Source: the human T2T-CHM13v2.0 reference genome, Homo sapiens. Taken from it: a stretch of 64,000 nt of DNA. The position numbers and the translations under genes were made by a program. The stretch is taken from assembly GCF_009914755.1 (NCBI RefSeq), contig NC_060945.1; one strand, given 5' to 3'. Of this stretch, positions 15,221 through 29,753 are shown in pieces; position 1 is the stretch's first letter, and each line of letters starts with the position of its first letter. The notes beneath the pieces were generated by a model, which made no database searches, was not told the DNA's origin, and saw only the letters and a program-made list of their open reading frames with translations.

Positions 15221-18200
15221 TAGTTTGCATCCCTTGTATAACATTTAATGTAGTATCTTGGATTATAATTTCTTTAGTGCCTCTCACCCCCAGTAAATTG
15301 TAATCCACTTAAAGAAATGAGTCTTAAATTTAATTTTACTACTTGAAGTTTTTAGAAAAATAGCTTGTCCATAGTTGGAAATTAATCAATGTTTCTAAGG
15401 CATTATAAAAATGTTATGATGCTATACCAATCATGTGGTACTCATCTTCTCTCTTTACTCAAGATTTGCTTTCTCTGAAGAAAGCGGAATTGTGAACAGG
15501 TGTTGAAGGCACACATCATGAGATATTGTGGAGCAAAAGAGCACACATAAATATTGATGTTTATCCCATGTATTTATGGTTTGGGGGTTGAGAGAACTAT
15601 GTTGATGTCAGAATCAACAGAGTTGGTGTTAAAGGGCAATTCCTTTCTATTTTCAGGCAATCTACACATCATGGTTAGTAGGTTTCTAAATAAACGTCAA
15701 GCTTGGATGTTTTGTAAAATATTAGTTTCAGTACAGTACTGTTACATGATGTTACATCAAAGATTTTGCATAGGTATCCATCTAGTTGCTCTACAGTGAA
15801 TAATTGGGTGGGGGAGAACATTGTGGATGTTCTAATTACTGCACTTCATGTGTTTGCTGTATTTAGAAATTTGAATATTTCCAGTAAGTAAGCCAGGTAT
15901 TCTGGATTTAAGTAAATACAACTTCAGCTTTAGTAGTTGTCATTGTATTTCCTCTGACAGTTTACTGTGTTTCTTTCTCTCTTTTAAAACTTCCTCTTCT
16001 ACTTTAAGTACTTTATCCATTCTGTTTCTAGGACTTGTCATCCTCTGCTCATTCTCCACATCATTATGTTCTTTTACTAAGAAATTTTATTTCCAATCTC
16101 ATTTCTTTTTACCCCAGATAATTTTTTTCCTAATAATTTTTTTTCTAGTTTTGATTTCAGCTGCCAAAGATTTGATCCAAAATGGTTCTCTTATTCTCAG
16201 TGGTATTCGGATTCCTTCATTGAATTTGCCTGCACTGGAAACTAAACCAGTCAGAAGAACCCTTTGGTGGGACTTTGGTTCTGGATTTCATTCAGGGACC
16301 ACAGAGCTGCTCTTGAACTCAAGCGTTCTCAAGAAGACACTTCAGTGCTCTGCTAGTAAAAACTGTGTATCCATGCAAGTTCAGACTCATTACATAAGCA
16401 TTCCAATTTTTTTTGTCACAAAGAAAATCGTGCACATCTGCTATTTAAATAGTCTCTGGCTAAAAAAGTTGTTGCTTCTATATAAGAAAGCATAGCTTAG
16501 ATATACATTACAGTGTTTCTTATTGTCATCCAACACACACACATTCTGTTTGCTTAATCCATTGCAGTCTCCTTCTCTGCCCCTTTTTACCCAAAGTTCC
16601 TTTCTTGGAGTGAGATGAGGGAATGAAGGAAGGTTTAGATTTAAATAAACAGACTGTAGGGGTTTCCTGAGGCTATCACATGGTGGATGCCTCTGCTATA
16701 AAACTTTGTCTTAATAAATAACATTATATTCACATGAATATTGAGTTAAATTGATTCATTTTGTGTGTCCTTTTAAAGATTGACTTTGGAAGTCTCCCTT
16801 TTTAGGAGATTTTAGAATTGTGTTGGAGAAATTGGAATTTCATTAACAACATATAGTCAATGCAGGTAGCTGTTTCAGGTGCTTCCTCAAAGCAAGGATG
16901 ACCCAGGAGAGATACAATCATCTTAGTGTGCTTTATGTGATTCATATGAAATTCAACCCTTTTGGAGTTTCAGTTCTTAGCAAAATACCACTTCCTGTTT
17001 TTGAGGAAAAAAATGGCATAAGAAGTCATATAAAAAGACTCATAAGGCCCTTGGACATCAAATAACTCTTACAAAACAATATTTTAATGAATTAAGTGTA
17101 AATGAATCAGAAACATGTGGGTTGAATTTCCCTTGAAATACCCATGGGCTTAAAAATTAAGGGGAAAAAAAAAAAAGAATTGCTTGGCAAAAAATCATGT
17201 TCATTTTATCGAGCTCAAGCCTTTTGATAAAAAAAAAGAAAAAGGAAGCAGCCTTGATTTGGTTGACTGAATTAAAAATTTAAAAAAAAAACACGACCAT
17301 AGTCTTTATTTGTATTTTTAAATTCTGCAAAAGCCAGGTTGCAGATATAATTATGTGTCTATTTGGGTGTCAGATTCATTAATGTTAGACCATTTTTCAA
17401 GGACGGTAACATTTTGATTAACCAGAATTCTCAAGTAATGGTTGTCTTTCCCAGGGCAGAAGTGGCAGCCAGAAGGAGAACTAAAGACTGTAGTTCAAAT
17501 AAAGTTCATTAGAGCAGAAGTAAAGAAAACATGGTAATCATTCAGTTCACTAACCAAGAAGATCCAAAATCCAAAGGAGTAGTGGGCCCGGTTAGCTAAC
17601 CACTGAACAAAAGTCTAGAAAAACAGTCATGCAAGGGCTGGAGCTCAGAAGATAAGGAAAGCTAAAAATAAGTGGAAAAATCTGTGTACTGAGGGAAAGA
17701 TCTGGGATAAAAGAAAATGCTGACAAAAGAAAAATAAAAATTGCAAAGACTGAAAAACTTCGAGTGGCAACTAGAAATGGCCAAAGTACAGCAGGGCAGA
17801 GGGGTTGGAAAACTTCTAGAGATAGGAAAAGCCGGGCAGATATGAATATTCAATGCCGTATTGTGAACACAGATGTTAATATGAGTAAAAAATGTGAGTT
17901 GTTGGCTCTGCCAACTTCGTCATAGAAGCCATGCTACTCACTGCACCTGTAATGTGCTTAGGTTAGGGTGTCTTAAAATACCTATGGATGCACGCAAGAT
18001 TATTTATGACTCATTTGCAGAGACATGTTTATATTCAGATTTATTCAGGTTTTGGTGGAGTGAAGAATTTGAATTTAGAGAGTCTAGGAGACCTAGTTTT
18101 CTGATAGGGAAAAAGCTGCAATTGGAAGAGAGAGTAAAGATGTTACATAGTAAAGAGAAGTTTGGGAGTCACCCTTCTCCAGCTTAGGGTAGCTCAGCTT

Positions 18201-21200
18201 CCCTCTGTAGGTGAGAACCTGTAGGTCAACCAACATAATGTTTAGTTCTTTCAGAAATATTTGTCCTGAACTCTTATATTAATAAACAGCTTGTTTTGTA
18301 AAGCAGAGATAGGTTAAAGTCTTTAAAAATTATTTTTATTTCCAGGAAACTCTAGTAAATGATAATAATTTGTTGATATAAATGTTACCTATTGATGACA
18401 CCTATACACAAAGAAAGTATTCAAATTGTATAGAAAACATATCTATTGAGAAAGTTAATCTTTTTATTTAAATAGTATTTGTTTAAGCATAGATTTTAGT
18501 TAAAAGCCAAAAGTATAGCTTTTACTAGCAATTGTGCCATGATACTGTCTACCACCAGTAACAACCCTTCACCCTAAAAAATAATTTTAAAGAGAAAAAA
18601 CCGGTAAAGCAATAACAGAAGTGGGCATACATTTTGGGGATAGTAAACTATATTTTGTCTTTCTAGTTTGTTAATTTAAAATAAAAATAACAGGAAAAGA
18701 CAAAACTGAAATAAAGAATACATTTGCATATGATACAAACTCGTAGAAAACTTGAGTGCCAAGACACAGCTGATGATATTAAAAAGGGAATGATGTGGAA
18801 CTCAGATCTAGTCATTGAGTCATAATTAACACTCTTAAATACAGATTTTGCCTTTGCCCAGAAAAGCAGGCAGTTTTTTAGTCTTTTTTTATTTTTCCAC
18901 TTATGTTAAAGAGGTAATGGGAAGAGGTAGGGGAGGGTTATTTCAGGAATTTTTTAAGATTATATCAAGTTTTATCAGTAGACAGCCAGTTCGCTGTCAT
19001 CCACCTGAGAGAATCATGGTCTAGTATTCCCACTCAGTGATTTTATTTTTCTGTGATCATTACCTTCAGCTATGTTCCATCAATCTTCCTTTCTTAACCT
19101 TCAGTGCCATTTGAGCAGAATCCAAAATGTTTTGGCACTTTTAATTACTAAAATCTATACCTTTTAAATTTTAATGTAAACTCAATGTAAAAATCAACTT
19201 CTCCTTTTACACCAGCCTGGATTTGAGCTGAAGCTCAAATGGTCACAGAAGGCTGCTGAAGTTGTCTTAAGCAAGGTCTGGCTCAGAGCTGTCTCTTCCT
19301 TGCCTTCTTCTGGGAGTAGCTCCTCCAGTGTGCTGGAGTGGAAGAAACGTGAGCCTACAGACTGAGTGTCTTGGCTTAACTGTTCTTATGATCCTCTCTC
19401 TTACTGCCATTACTTCTCTCTCTAACACTGACTGGCCTTTGATAAACTCCAGGTCACCATGAGGTGGCAAATTTTCACATGCTGGTGAAAGAGCCTAGCA
19501 AGTGACTGAAGCTTAAAGGCTACTTTAATCACCTCCTGAAAGCTCTGGTAGAATGCCCCGGTTGCTAAAACTGTAACCTTTATGTGAGGGATAACCTCTT
19601 TGGGATTGTTATTTTTCTATAAACTTGAGATAGGCTTATATTTATTTAAGAATACTTTCATGCAGTTATATTACCCAGTACCCATCTCTCTTTGCTTAAA
19701 TCTTTCATACTAAGATTTATACCAGCTTTTAAAGTTCAAGATAGAATCTAAATAATTTGATGAGTCTCGCCATTCAGGATTAGCCCACGGAGCTATCTCA
19801 CCTATTTCACAATATGTTCTTGTGCTCTTTTTGAATTCTATTTTATTTATAATTGCATAAAACTGTAGGTGAATGACCCTGGATGTCATCACAGCAGCTT
19901 GGACAATGTTATCAGTAAATATGCAATATGTGTGCACTCACATGAGTGTGTACACATCTGAGTGTGTATGTATGTATGTGGGGGGGCTTATATTGGAGAT
20001 ATGGCAAGGAGAGGAGGAGTAACAAACCAAGGCAAAATGAAATTATGCTGTGTAGTCATTTCATATCAGCACACCATTCACTATCTTTATCCAAAATTGC
20101 CTTTCGAAAAATTAAGTCTATTTAATATACTGGGAAGGGGACTTAATGAGTTGTTGTATGCAAATTCCTGATTATTTTCCCTCTACCATCAGCAACAGTT
20201 CAACAAAGTGCATCTCATCTTACTCTTAGGGTTGTTTAAGAACTTGATCCCTGGGAACACCTGTTAGTAGCATGGCTTAAAATTCTCTGTGTTGTTTTCT
20301 CCCCCTTTGGAAGCTGTTTCACCCAGCTGCTGATAATTAGAAAAACAAAGCAAATCCCTCTCATGGATGCTGTCCTCTGGCGAAAGCCAAGCAGCATAAA
20401 GCCAAAGAACACCGTAAGCCTTTTTGTTTTAAACGAGGAGGCACGCTGCACTATATTCCTCTTGACTGCAAAACCACAGGAATGGATTAATATCACTAAC
20501 CACAAGAGACCTTTGTGTACGAATGTGGGGGGAGGGCATGAGAAGAATATTAATCTGTGATGTATGACCTTATAGTTTCTGCAAAAAGTTAAAAGCTGCA
20601 TGTATTTGAATCAACGCATGATAAATGTATCAGCCATATAAGATGAATAATATGGCTAAATACCAAGAGCTGAGCTCTTTCCCAGAATTAACTATTTTTA
20701 ACTCAGGAGGCTTTTCAAATATTATGCAGAGATGGACATCCAGTAAATAGAGCAGAATTAAATAAGAATTCAAAAGCAAAGCAAAACTCTAGCACCAGAT
20801 AAGCCCCTTCAATTAATCCTTATCTTTTAATATATTACATATACAATACATGTATGTCTGTAATATATTCAGTGATATGTATATATGACACTTAGTGAAT
20901 AATTAAGAAAAACATTAAAATTGATATTTTATTGTGTTTAAATACAAGATGAACTGTAGAAGCAAAATGATAATTTATGTGTCCTACATACTTTTAAAAG
21001 AAATAAATCAAGGTGCATTTTAGTAATTTAACATGCTTATAATACTTTCCTTTGTTAGTTGAAATAAGAATTTTTTGAACATCTAAAATATGCAAAGCAT
21101 TTTAGTAGGTACTACGGATACTAAAGAAAAAAATAAAATGGAAGAGAAGCATATTTGTGAATATTTCTCAATAGTCTGGGATTCAAGATCTTATTCCAAG

Positions 21201-21374
21201 TTGCATTTCAAATCTTATTACTCTTCTACCTGTGTGACCCTCTCCCAGTACAACTGTTTAAAGATTCTAAAGTGAATCCTAGATCTTCAGCAAAATATAT
21301 GTCCTTTGTATATAATACCTCCCTCCATCTTTAACTGTCAAAATTCTGCAGTCTTCAAGATGTGATAAAACTCA

Positions 21375-21720
21375 CTGGTAGATTATTGCAGGTGGTCATC
21401 ATGGTGGCAATTAGGGTCTAATCTAGGGTGATGAAAATTGAGGTAAAAATTAAGAAATAGATTCAATAGATTCTACTATATTGAAAAATGTAAGAGGTAG
21501 ACATTAGTTATCCGTGAGTAATGAAGGGAAATCAGGTGTTTGTGATGATGAAGATTTCAAATCTGGGTGACTAAAGAAGATTAATGCCGTGAATACAAAT
21601 AGGGATGTCAAAAATACGGGTTCAGTGTGTGAGACAAAGGTGATCAGTTTAGTTATTTTAAATGTAAAATGTCTATGGGACATCCTGGAAATATCATAAA
21701 AACATATAAAAATTAGAAGA
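21375..21720 (-). mobile_element. L2 fragment (continues at about 22055-22300)
   Basis: Purine-rich antisense L2 pattern (gatgatgaagatttcaaatctgggtgac...tgtctatgggacatcc). Confidence 0.5.
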
Positions 21721-21726
21721 ACTTTA

Positions 21727-22060
<334 letters not shown>

Positions 22061-22302
22061 TTAGAGCTGAGCTATAACTAAGCTTTATGGTGCATGGTGC
22101 AAATGCATCCTGCTGGAAAGCAATGCTTGAAATTATGAGACTCTGGAGGCCAACAAGAAAAAAACATTGATAAACATTTATCTCTAGAGAACAAGAAAAG
22201 GTTGAGGAGCAAGCAACCAAGGGACTCAAAAGAAAAACTTTCTTATATTGAAGAGACTAGGAAAAGAGTATCAACAGCCACAGAGTTCAATAATGTTATT
22301 TA

Positions 22303-22789
22303 CTGGCAGTCTCCAACCCTTTTGGCACCAGGGACCAGTTTCATGGAAGACAATTTCCCACAGATCAGGGTGGAGGGTGGTTTGTGGATGATTCAAGTGC
22401 ATTACATTTGTTGTGCAGTTTATTTCTATTATGATTACATTATAATATAGAATTAAATAATTATACAACTCATCATAATGTAGAATCAGTGGGAGCCCTG
22501 TACTTGTTTTTCCGCAACTAGAAGGTCCCATGTGGGGGTGATGGGAGACAGTGACAAATCAACAGGTATTAGATTTTCATAAAGAGTGCCCAAGTTAGAT
22601 CCCTTGCATGCACAGCATAGGGTTCACGCTCCTATGAGACTCTAATGCTGATGCTGATCTGATAGGAGGTGGAGCTCAGGCAGTAATTTGAGTGATGGAA
22701 AGTGGCTGTAAATATGCTGAAGCTTCAATATTAGGAAGCAGCCGGGTTCCTAACGGTTCAGTCCATGGCCCCAGGACTGGAGACCCCTG
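22303..22789 (+). mobile_element. MER1A (hAT-Charlie) DNA transposon
   Basis: ccaacccttttggcaccagggaccagtttcatggaagac...gaatcagtgggagccctg...ggagacccctg. Confidence 0.88.
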
Positions 22790-22946
22790 TTGTATATGAC
22801 AGGTGTCCAGGAATAAAAATAACTAATAGAAGATCACCACTCAGTGGAAACTGGTCAACTTTAAGGAAGCAAGTTGTAAAGAGTTAGCTGCAAAAGAAGT
22901 CATAGTGCTTGGATTTGAGAATGAAAATAGCGAGCAAGTCAGGAAT

Positions 22947-24029
22947 TGTTGCGGGAAGTCAGGGACCCCGAACGAAGGGACCAGCTGAAGCCATGGCAGA
23001 AAAACATAAATTGTGAAGATTTCATGGATATTTATTAGTTCCCCAGATTAATACTTTTATAATTTTTTATGCCTGTCTTTACTGCAATCTCTGAACATAA
23101 ATTGTGAAGATTTCATGGACATATATCACTTCCCCAGTCAATACTCTTATAATTTCCTATGCCTGTCTTTACTTTAATCTCTTAATCCTGTCATCTTTGT
23201 AAACTGAGGATGTATGTAGCCTCAGGATCCTGTGATGATTGCATTATCTGCACAAATTGTTTGTAGAGCATGTGTGTTTGAACAATATGAAATCTGGGCA
23301 TCCAAAAGGAACAGGATGGCTGCGATTTTCAGGGAACAAAGGAGATAACCATTGGGCCTGACTGCCTGTGGGGCCAGACAAAACAGAGTCATATTTCTCT
23401 TCTTACAAAAGTGAATAGGGAGAAATTTCGCTGAATTCTTTTTCTCAGCAAGGAAGAGCCCTGAGAAAGGAATGCATTCCCAGGGATAGGTCTCTAAAAT
23501 GGCCACTCTGGGAATGTGTGTCTTATACAGTTGTAGGTATGGGATGAAATTAGCCCTGGTCTCCCGTAGCACCCCCAGGCCTACTAGGATTAGAAAATTC
23601 CTGCCTAGTAAATTTTAGTCAGACTGGTTGTCTGTTCTCAAACCCTGTCTCCTGATAAGATGTTATCAACAATAATGCGTGCCCCGTGGGACATGACACT
23701 TCATCAGCATTTCTAATTTCGCCCTAGTCCAGTGATCTCGCTCTGCCCCCATTTGCCTTGTGATATTTTATTGCCCTTGAAGCTTGTGATCTCTGTGACC
23801 CACACCCTATTTGTACACCCCTCCCCTTTTGAAATCCATAATAAAAACTTGCTGGTTTTGTGGCTCAGGAGGCATCACATAACCTGCCGACATGTGATGT
23901 CTCCCCTGGACACCCAGCTTTAAGATTTCTCTCTTTTGTACTCTTTCCCTTTATTTCCCACACCGGCCGATACTTAAAGAAAATAGAAAAGAACCTACGT
24001 TGAAATACTGGGGGCTAGTTCCCCTGATA
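22947..24029 (+). mobile_element. MER11 solo LTR (HERV-K11/HML-8)
   Basis: Starts tgttgcgggaagtcagggaccccgaac and ends gggggctagttcccctgata, 1083 bp. Internal ~91-bp duplication at 23003-23183, AATAAA near 23838, partial TSD aggaat/tcgaat. Confidence 0.92.
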
Positions 24030-24591
24030 TCGAATAATACTTTATTCCTTGGGGTTTGAAAGTGAAAGATACTCAACAGAGATTTTCATAGCTTAAGGGG
24101 GACTGAATGAGATAGAAAATGTGATCCTTGTTACCTAAATATTTCCATTCCTAAAATTATGTTTGATAGTGAGTTTTCATACAGCACCAGCTCATATTCC
24201 ATTTTTTTAATTTGGGGAAAAAATAACACCACCTTCTAATCCATACTCCCAATAACACAAAACATACTTCAACACCAGAAACAATCTAGCAAAAATTTGT
24301 GTAATACAATGTAACTAAGTGCCAATAAACTAATAATTTAACATGTAATGAACTCATTAGCAGGTATGTTTCAGTGTGATAGAAAAATACTATAGAATAA
24401 TGGATATTGGATATATTTACCTCCATGCTGTAAAAACACATATTAAGATGTAAATAAAAATACAATAATCTGTTAAAGATATGTCTGGGTTGGACCCTTA
24501 TTGAGGTACATTTCAACCATCATTTTTCCAGAAAGCTCTATCATTATTCAACCTCTTTTCCCCAGAAAGAAAGAATGAGTAACTCAGAGGA

Positions 24592-24896
24592 TTTTTGTTT
24601 GCTTGTTTTTGTTTTGAGATGGAGTCTCACTCTGCCACCCAGGCTAGAGTCCAGTGACACAATTTCAGCTCACTGCAACATTCCTCTCCCAGGTTCAACT
24701 GATTCTCCTGCCTTAGCCTCCTGAGTAGCTGGGATTACAGCCATGTAGCACCAAGCCCAGCTAATTTTTGTATTTTTAGCAGAGATGGGATTTCACCGTG
24801 GTTGCCAGGCTGGTCTCAAACTCCTGACCTCAATTGATCTGCCCACCTCGGCCTCCTAAAGTGCTGGGATTACAGACGTGAGCCATCATGCCTAGC
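24592..24896 (-). mobile_element. AluS (Sx/Sz-like) SINE
   Basis: Full antisense dimer. TSD taactcagag at 24580-24589 and 24897-24906. Confidence 0.94.
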
Positions 24897-24924
24897 TAAC
24901 TCAGAGTTATTGATGTTAAAAAGA

Positions 24925-25150
24925 AAATAATAGTAATACTTGATTGCCTACATTTCACCAGGTACTGTTATACCATATCTTGTGTCTTCTAACAACTCCA
25001 TGACATAAGTAACATATCATTAGCCTCATTTTAAAGATGAGGAACTTAAGACTCACAGTTTAAGTGGCAAAATTGTCCAAAGTCACATAGTTAATATATA
25101 AGAAAACCTAGATTTGAATTCTCGTATTCTGAGATGAAGGCCTCTTCACG
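24925..25150 (-). mobile_element. MIR SINE
   Basis: cctcattttaaagatgaggaacttaagactcac...ttgtccaaagtcacatag...gatttgaa is the antisense MIR core. Confidence 0.75.
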
Positions 25151-27462
25151 TAACCCTTGGAATCCCTAACTAGTGGAGGAGGAGAGTCACCTTCTATTTG
25201 AGTAAGCCTGTCCTTTCAAAGGAGAATTAAATGTGATAACACACACCTGGCTCTACCTAGTTAGAAGACCAACCTCTGATACAGGAGCATTAGCCTCTAA
25301 AGTAAGCATGCAGTTAGAGGGGGGATGAGATGGTATTCCCTGAGACTTCCTACTGGCAAGCTGGCAAACTTGATGCCATGAGGGAACTGTCTGTAACATT
25401 TTGCCCAAGGTGGAAAGTTCAGTCAAGTGTATGTTTCTTAATGTTTTTAAAGTATTTGCTTAAATACTGGTTGTAGGGAGTAGAAAAAAAAGGACTAGAA
25501 GGCAGTGTACTCTGGAATTTTCCTAATGTGATGGAGGCTATAAAGAGAAGTTAGAGTTTATTTTGAATCCATGTGGTCAGAGAAGACCTCATAATCTGAT
25601 CTCTTGTCTAGTTTGGATGTGTCAACTCCCCACAGATGGTGGGGAGCGTGTTTGGATCCTGATAAGTCAGTTGCTGCTGTAGTGTGGACTACCCAAGTCA
25701 AAATCAAATCTTATCCATGTCTAAAGCAAATATTGGAACAAGATGAAAGAATTTGTGCACCTATAAAGATCACAGACATGACAATGTGACCCTAGAATAA
25801 GATATCATAAAAGAAGCCTTCTACAGTAGGAATAATATAAATAAAGGAGATTAAGTGTTTACAATAGTTCTTTGAGGGAGAGAAATGATCCTCTTGTTGG
25901 CACTGCATTAAACTGATTTTAATCACTGTAATAGGGGACATAGATAGATGCTTTATGAAAGGAAAATTCTATAATAGAACACTTAGGAGGAAAAATATTT
26001 TTTTCTGTGTGACTAGAAGGTCTCAGAAGAATCAAGTAATATGTTGTGTGGATGCTGGGTAATTGCTGTTTGATGAAAGAAAAGTTGGGGGTGGGGAAGG
26101 AGATGTTCTAAAGAAGAGCTGTAAAATCCAACCAGTTCAATTTGCTGCAAAATTGCTTCCTGTTATAAAGTACCAAAATTCAAAAAGGATACAGTTTGGT
26201 CTAGGGAAATCACACAAAACAAATATCTAAAATCCTTAAAAATTGCATTAGCCCTACACCACAACGAAAATAAAACACTGAGTCAGTGAGAAAATAAATC
26301 TACTTCTTATATTATTACTTTTCTTCTTGAAATTTGGCAAAATATACTGACAGTGTATTATTACCTCAAAGTATTCCTCAAAGTATTCTGTTTTTTAAAA
26401 TGTTTTCCTTTTAAAAAAATCAAAGTTACATTTTGTCAAATGAGTGTTATATAAGAAATATGAAGCGATATGGCTATAAGAGGAATACAAATTTTATTTT
26501 CACATCCAGATTCTAAGTTTGTAAAGAAATACTTGTACCATTTTTCTCTAATATTCAAGCAACTAACTTGCTACCCACTAACCTTGCAAAGATTAGTTAG
26601 CTGCTTCTGTGTAAGTAATGCAAATTTAAAGCATTAGCTCTAGGCAAATTAATGAATAGGTCTATCTGGCCAGAATCATAGACAGAAAAATCCTCATAAT
26701 GATTAAAAAGAAAAGACTAAAAAAGAAGAGGAAAAGTAGAAGATGAATTAGATACAAAAGAATATTATATTACTGGCTTAGTCACTTATTCTAAAACCTA
26801 CCCCTTCCATATGGAATATTGTACCAGGGCACCTGAATCAGATGTGCATAGACTCTGACACTATCTTGTCTTCACTTCACCAATGGAGTTCATTATGTGA
26901 GATTTGTAGTCCAAAACAACTCTCAGAAGCAAATCTTCGAAATATGCAAGAATTTGGTTTGGAATGAGTTAATTTCCATGCTTTGGCTAAAGTAGCAGAA
27001 CAAGAAATGATAGGCATAGTACAGAGAATGGAGAAATTAAGCTCATTCCAGAAAGCAGCAAGCTCTACTAGAAAGAAAACTGAGAGGGTACGAACTTCTT
27101 ATTTTAGGCTATCAATCGACACAGCAGGGCATTTTCACCTAATTTTATGGATTAAGGATTTGAAAATGAAAGCACGCTGAAGGGCTAGTTCTAAGAGGCA
27201 AAAAGGTTCAGTTTGCCCTGGATCCCGAATGGGTCAAAAGTTTTTATAGTTCAAGTAGATTCCAATAATCTGTTTTACTGTTTTAGGAAATAAAAATTAA
27301 TTGTAAGAAATACATTTAGTAAGACCTCCAAATGTTTCCAATTACATGAGATATTACATTTAAACATTATGCATAAATACAAAGGATGAAAACCATGTAT
27401 TGGTTCATTTTAGAATCTCTGTCATCCTATTTAGGAACGAGAAGGGAGAAGGATGGTTCTTT

Positions 27463-27489
27463 GGCCATCTAGTAGGGCCATCTACTGTG
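27463..27489 (-). promoter_or_regulatory. CTCF-like motif in a short tandem duplication
   Basis: Minus strand reads CCTACTAGATGGCC. ggccatcta occurs twice, 13 nt apart. Confidence 0.3.
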
Positions 27490-27555
27490 ACCACCAATAT
27501 GGACTCATAATCTCGGAATAATACAATGCATTACCTTTAGTAAGAAACAGAAATC

Positions 27556-27655
27556 TTGGGACGCTGAGGCAGGAGGATTGGTTGGACCCAGGGGTTCAAG
27601 AGCAGTCTGGGCAACATAGTGAGACCCTACCTCTACAAAAACAGAAAAAGAAAAT
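27556..27655 (+). mobile_element. FLAM/Alu left-monomer fragment
   Basis: gctgaggcaggaggattg...ctgggcaacatagtgagaccc followed by an A-rich tail. Confidence 0.85.
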
Positions 27656-28069
27656 CATCAGAAAATTAGAGGTAAATCTTCCAGGAGAAAAGAAAACTAA
27701 TACTCAGCAGTGTCTTTACAGCAATCTAAATAGAAAGTTGATGCAAACCAGATTAAAATGACAGAAAATTATGTTGGGGGAAGAGGCCAGGCAAATGGGG
27801 ATTTGCTTCCATTAAATATTTAAGGAATTAGTAACATTATTTTAAACACAGCAGACCAGCAGGTACCCTAGAACAGTATCAACCTAGAAATGGGCTGGAA
27901 AAGTCTTGAGAGCAAACTCATTTTCTTACTAACTTGTTTACTTAAGAATGAGAATGGAGGAAGGGCCCTGAGCTATGTTTGTAACGTATTTGTTTTTCAA
28001 TATTAACTTAAATTCATTTTAGTAGATGTTTATAATTGATTTTTCAGTAGGTTTCTGTCATACCAGTAA

Positions 28070-28212
28070 ATATATGTATATATGTGTGTATTTGTGTATA
28101 AATATACACATATATATACACATATATAGTATATAGATGTATATATATACGTATATATACATGTATACATATATACATATATATACATATATACACACAC
28201 ACATATATATAT
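28070..28212. repeat. (TA)/(CA)/(TG) low-complexity repeat
   Basis: About 140 bp of alternating purine-pyrimidine sequence. Confidence 0.9.
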
Positions 28213-29753
28213 AGTGTTTTTGTCATTCATACATAAATCAGATTTTATGCTATGCACAAGTGTGAGTCAATGATTTAGAACCAAAAGCGGGCTGTTTACC
28301 CTATAAACGTAATAATACATCAAGAAGTGTGTTAACAAACTTGCATTTTCCTTGGTATAATAAGTGTTGGTGCTTCTAGTCAATTCTTTAGGAATAATGT
28401 CTTGAGCATAGTAGCTTTTGTTTTTGAGTATTTTATGTCAGGGGCTCTGGGTAGCTCTTTTTTAATGAACTGGCTATACCAGAAATATTAGTACTAAATA
28501 AATAATCATATAACTTAAAAATTTATTTGTCATACCTCTAATTCCTGGTTAGAATAAAAGTGTTTATAAAATTAAAGGAGCATGTGTTATTATTCCTTTT
28601 CATTTATTCGTCTACCAAGACACTTATTTTAGTGTGTTTCCCATAAAGTCAATTCACACGAAATTTGGCATCAGCATAATTCTGATCATGATTCTGAAAT
28701 TTGCTTTATAAATAAAGTACTATCAATCATACTCCCAAATTTTAGAAGTAAAAAAAAAAAAGAAAGCTTTACTTGTTTTTCATATGCTGATAAACAGAAT
28801 TAGATTTGCTTGCAATGACAGCTCAGTATAAATTGTATAAAGGATACCAAATATAGTTACTGGCCTTGTTGAGTTTAAAACCTAATTAAGAAAAATTATG
28901 CAAGCTATTTAAAATTGCCAACAGAGAAAAAATACATTTGAGTTTTAAGGGATTCAATTTAGAGCACAACATGATTTAATTTAGAACACAAAACTTTAAA
29001 ATGCGGTCCTTAATTTCTCCATGTACTATGAGAGGGAAATTCTGTTATGAACCATGTCCACAGATTGCTTTTAAATAAACAATTTTATAATGTATGTGGG
29101 TGAATGAGTCCTCTTTAATGGCCACCATTTCCGCTATATTTAATTAAATTAAAGCAGAAAAGAATACATGCTTTTACTCATAAACCACTATCTGTGTTAG
29201 TAATAGTAGGAGATAAAAATAACCCCAAACAATAGCTGGTAGATATCCTTTAACATCTATTATAAACATAATTTTATATTTGAGAGAAAGGAGACACCAC
29301 TGACAGATTTTTTGCTTGGAGAAAAATTAAAGGTTTTGTTTTGCCTGTATGTTTATTTATTTGGTTTGGTTTTGATTTTCCCTTCAGGTAATATATAACT
29401 AAGGATGTGTACTAAAGGTCTACTAAAATTTTATCTAAAATTTTGTAAAAGATACACTCAATATGTACATAAGAAGTACCTGACCTGCAGAAAAAAATGT
29501 ATTAATTAATTAGTGTGATATTTTAAACTGAGTTTTCATAACATTAAAACATAAAAATTGAGAGCAAGAATAGTACTTACAGTTTTGCTAAAGGTTATTT
29601 TACAGTTTTTAGCCAGTAAAATTGAATCACTTAGTGCCCCGAAAGCAAAGAGTAATTTGCAAATCTCCTATGGGAGTATAAATTCATTGAAAGGAAGACC
29701 ATGTCTCTCTCATTCACCTTTGAATGCTTGATAACTATGGTAGTGTCTGGCCC

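Noticed and set aside
16151-16495. 114-aa ORF after a T-rich acceptor-like site
   Set aside because: Non-ATG start, no convincing donor and no recognisable homology.
19221-19240. 9-bp inverted repeat atttgagct-ga-agctcaaat
   Set aside because: About one such stem is expected by chance in 64 kb, and it is too short for a pre-miRNA.
23003-23183. ~91-bp tandem duplication
   Set aside because: As I recall it, this is part of the normal MER11 LTR structure rather than a locus-specific event.
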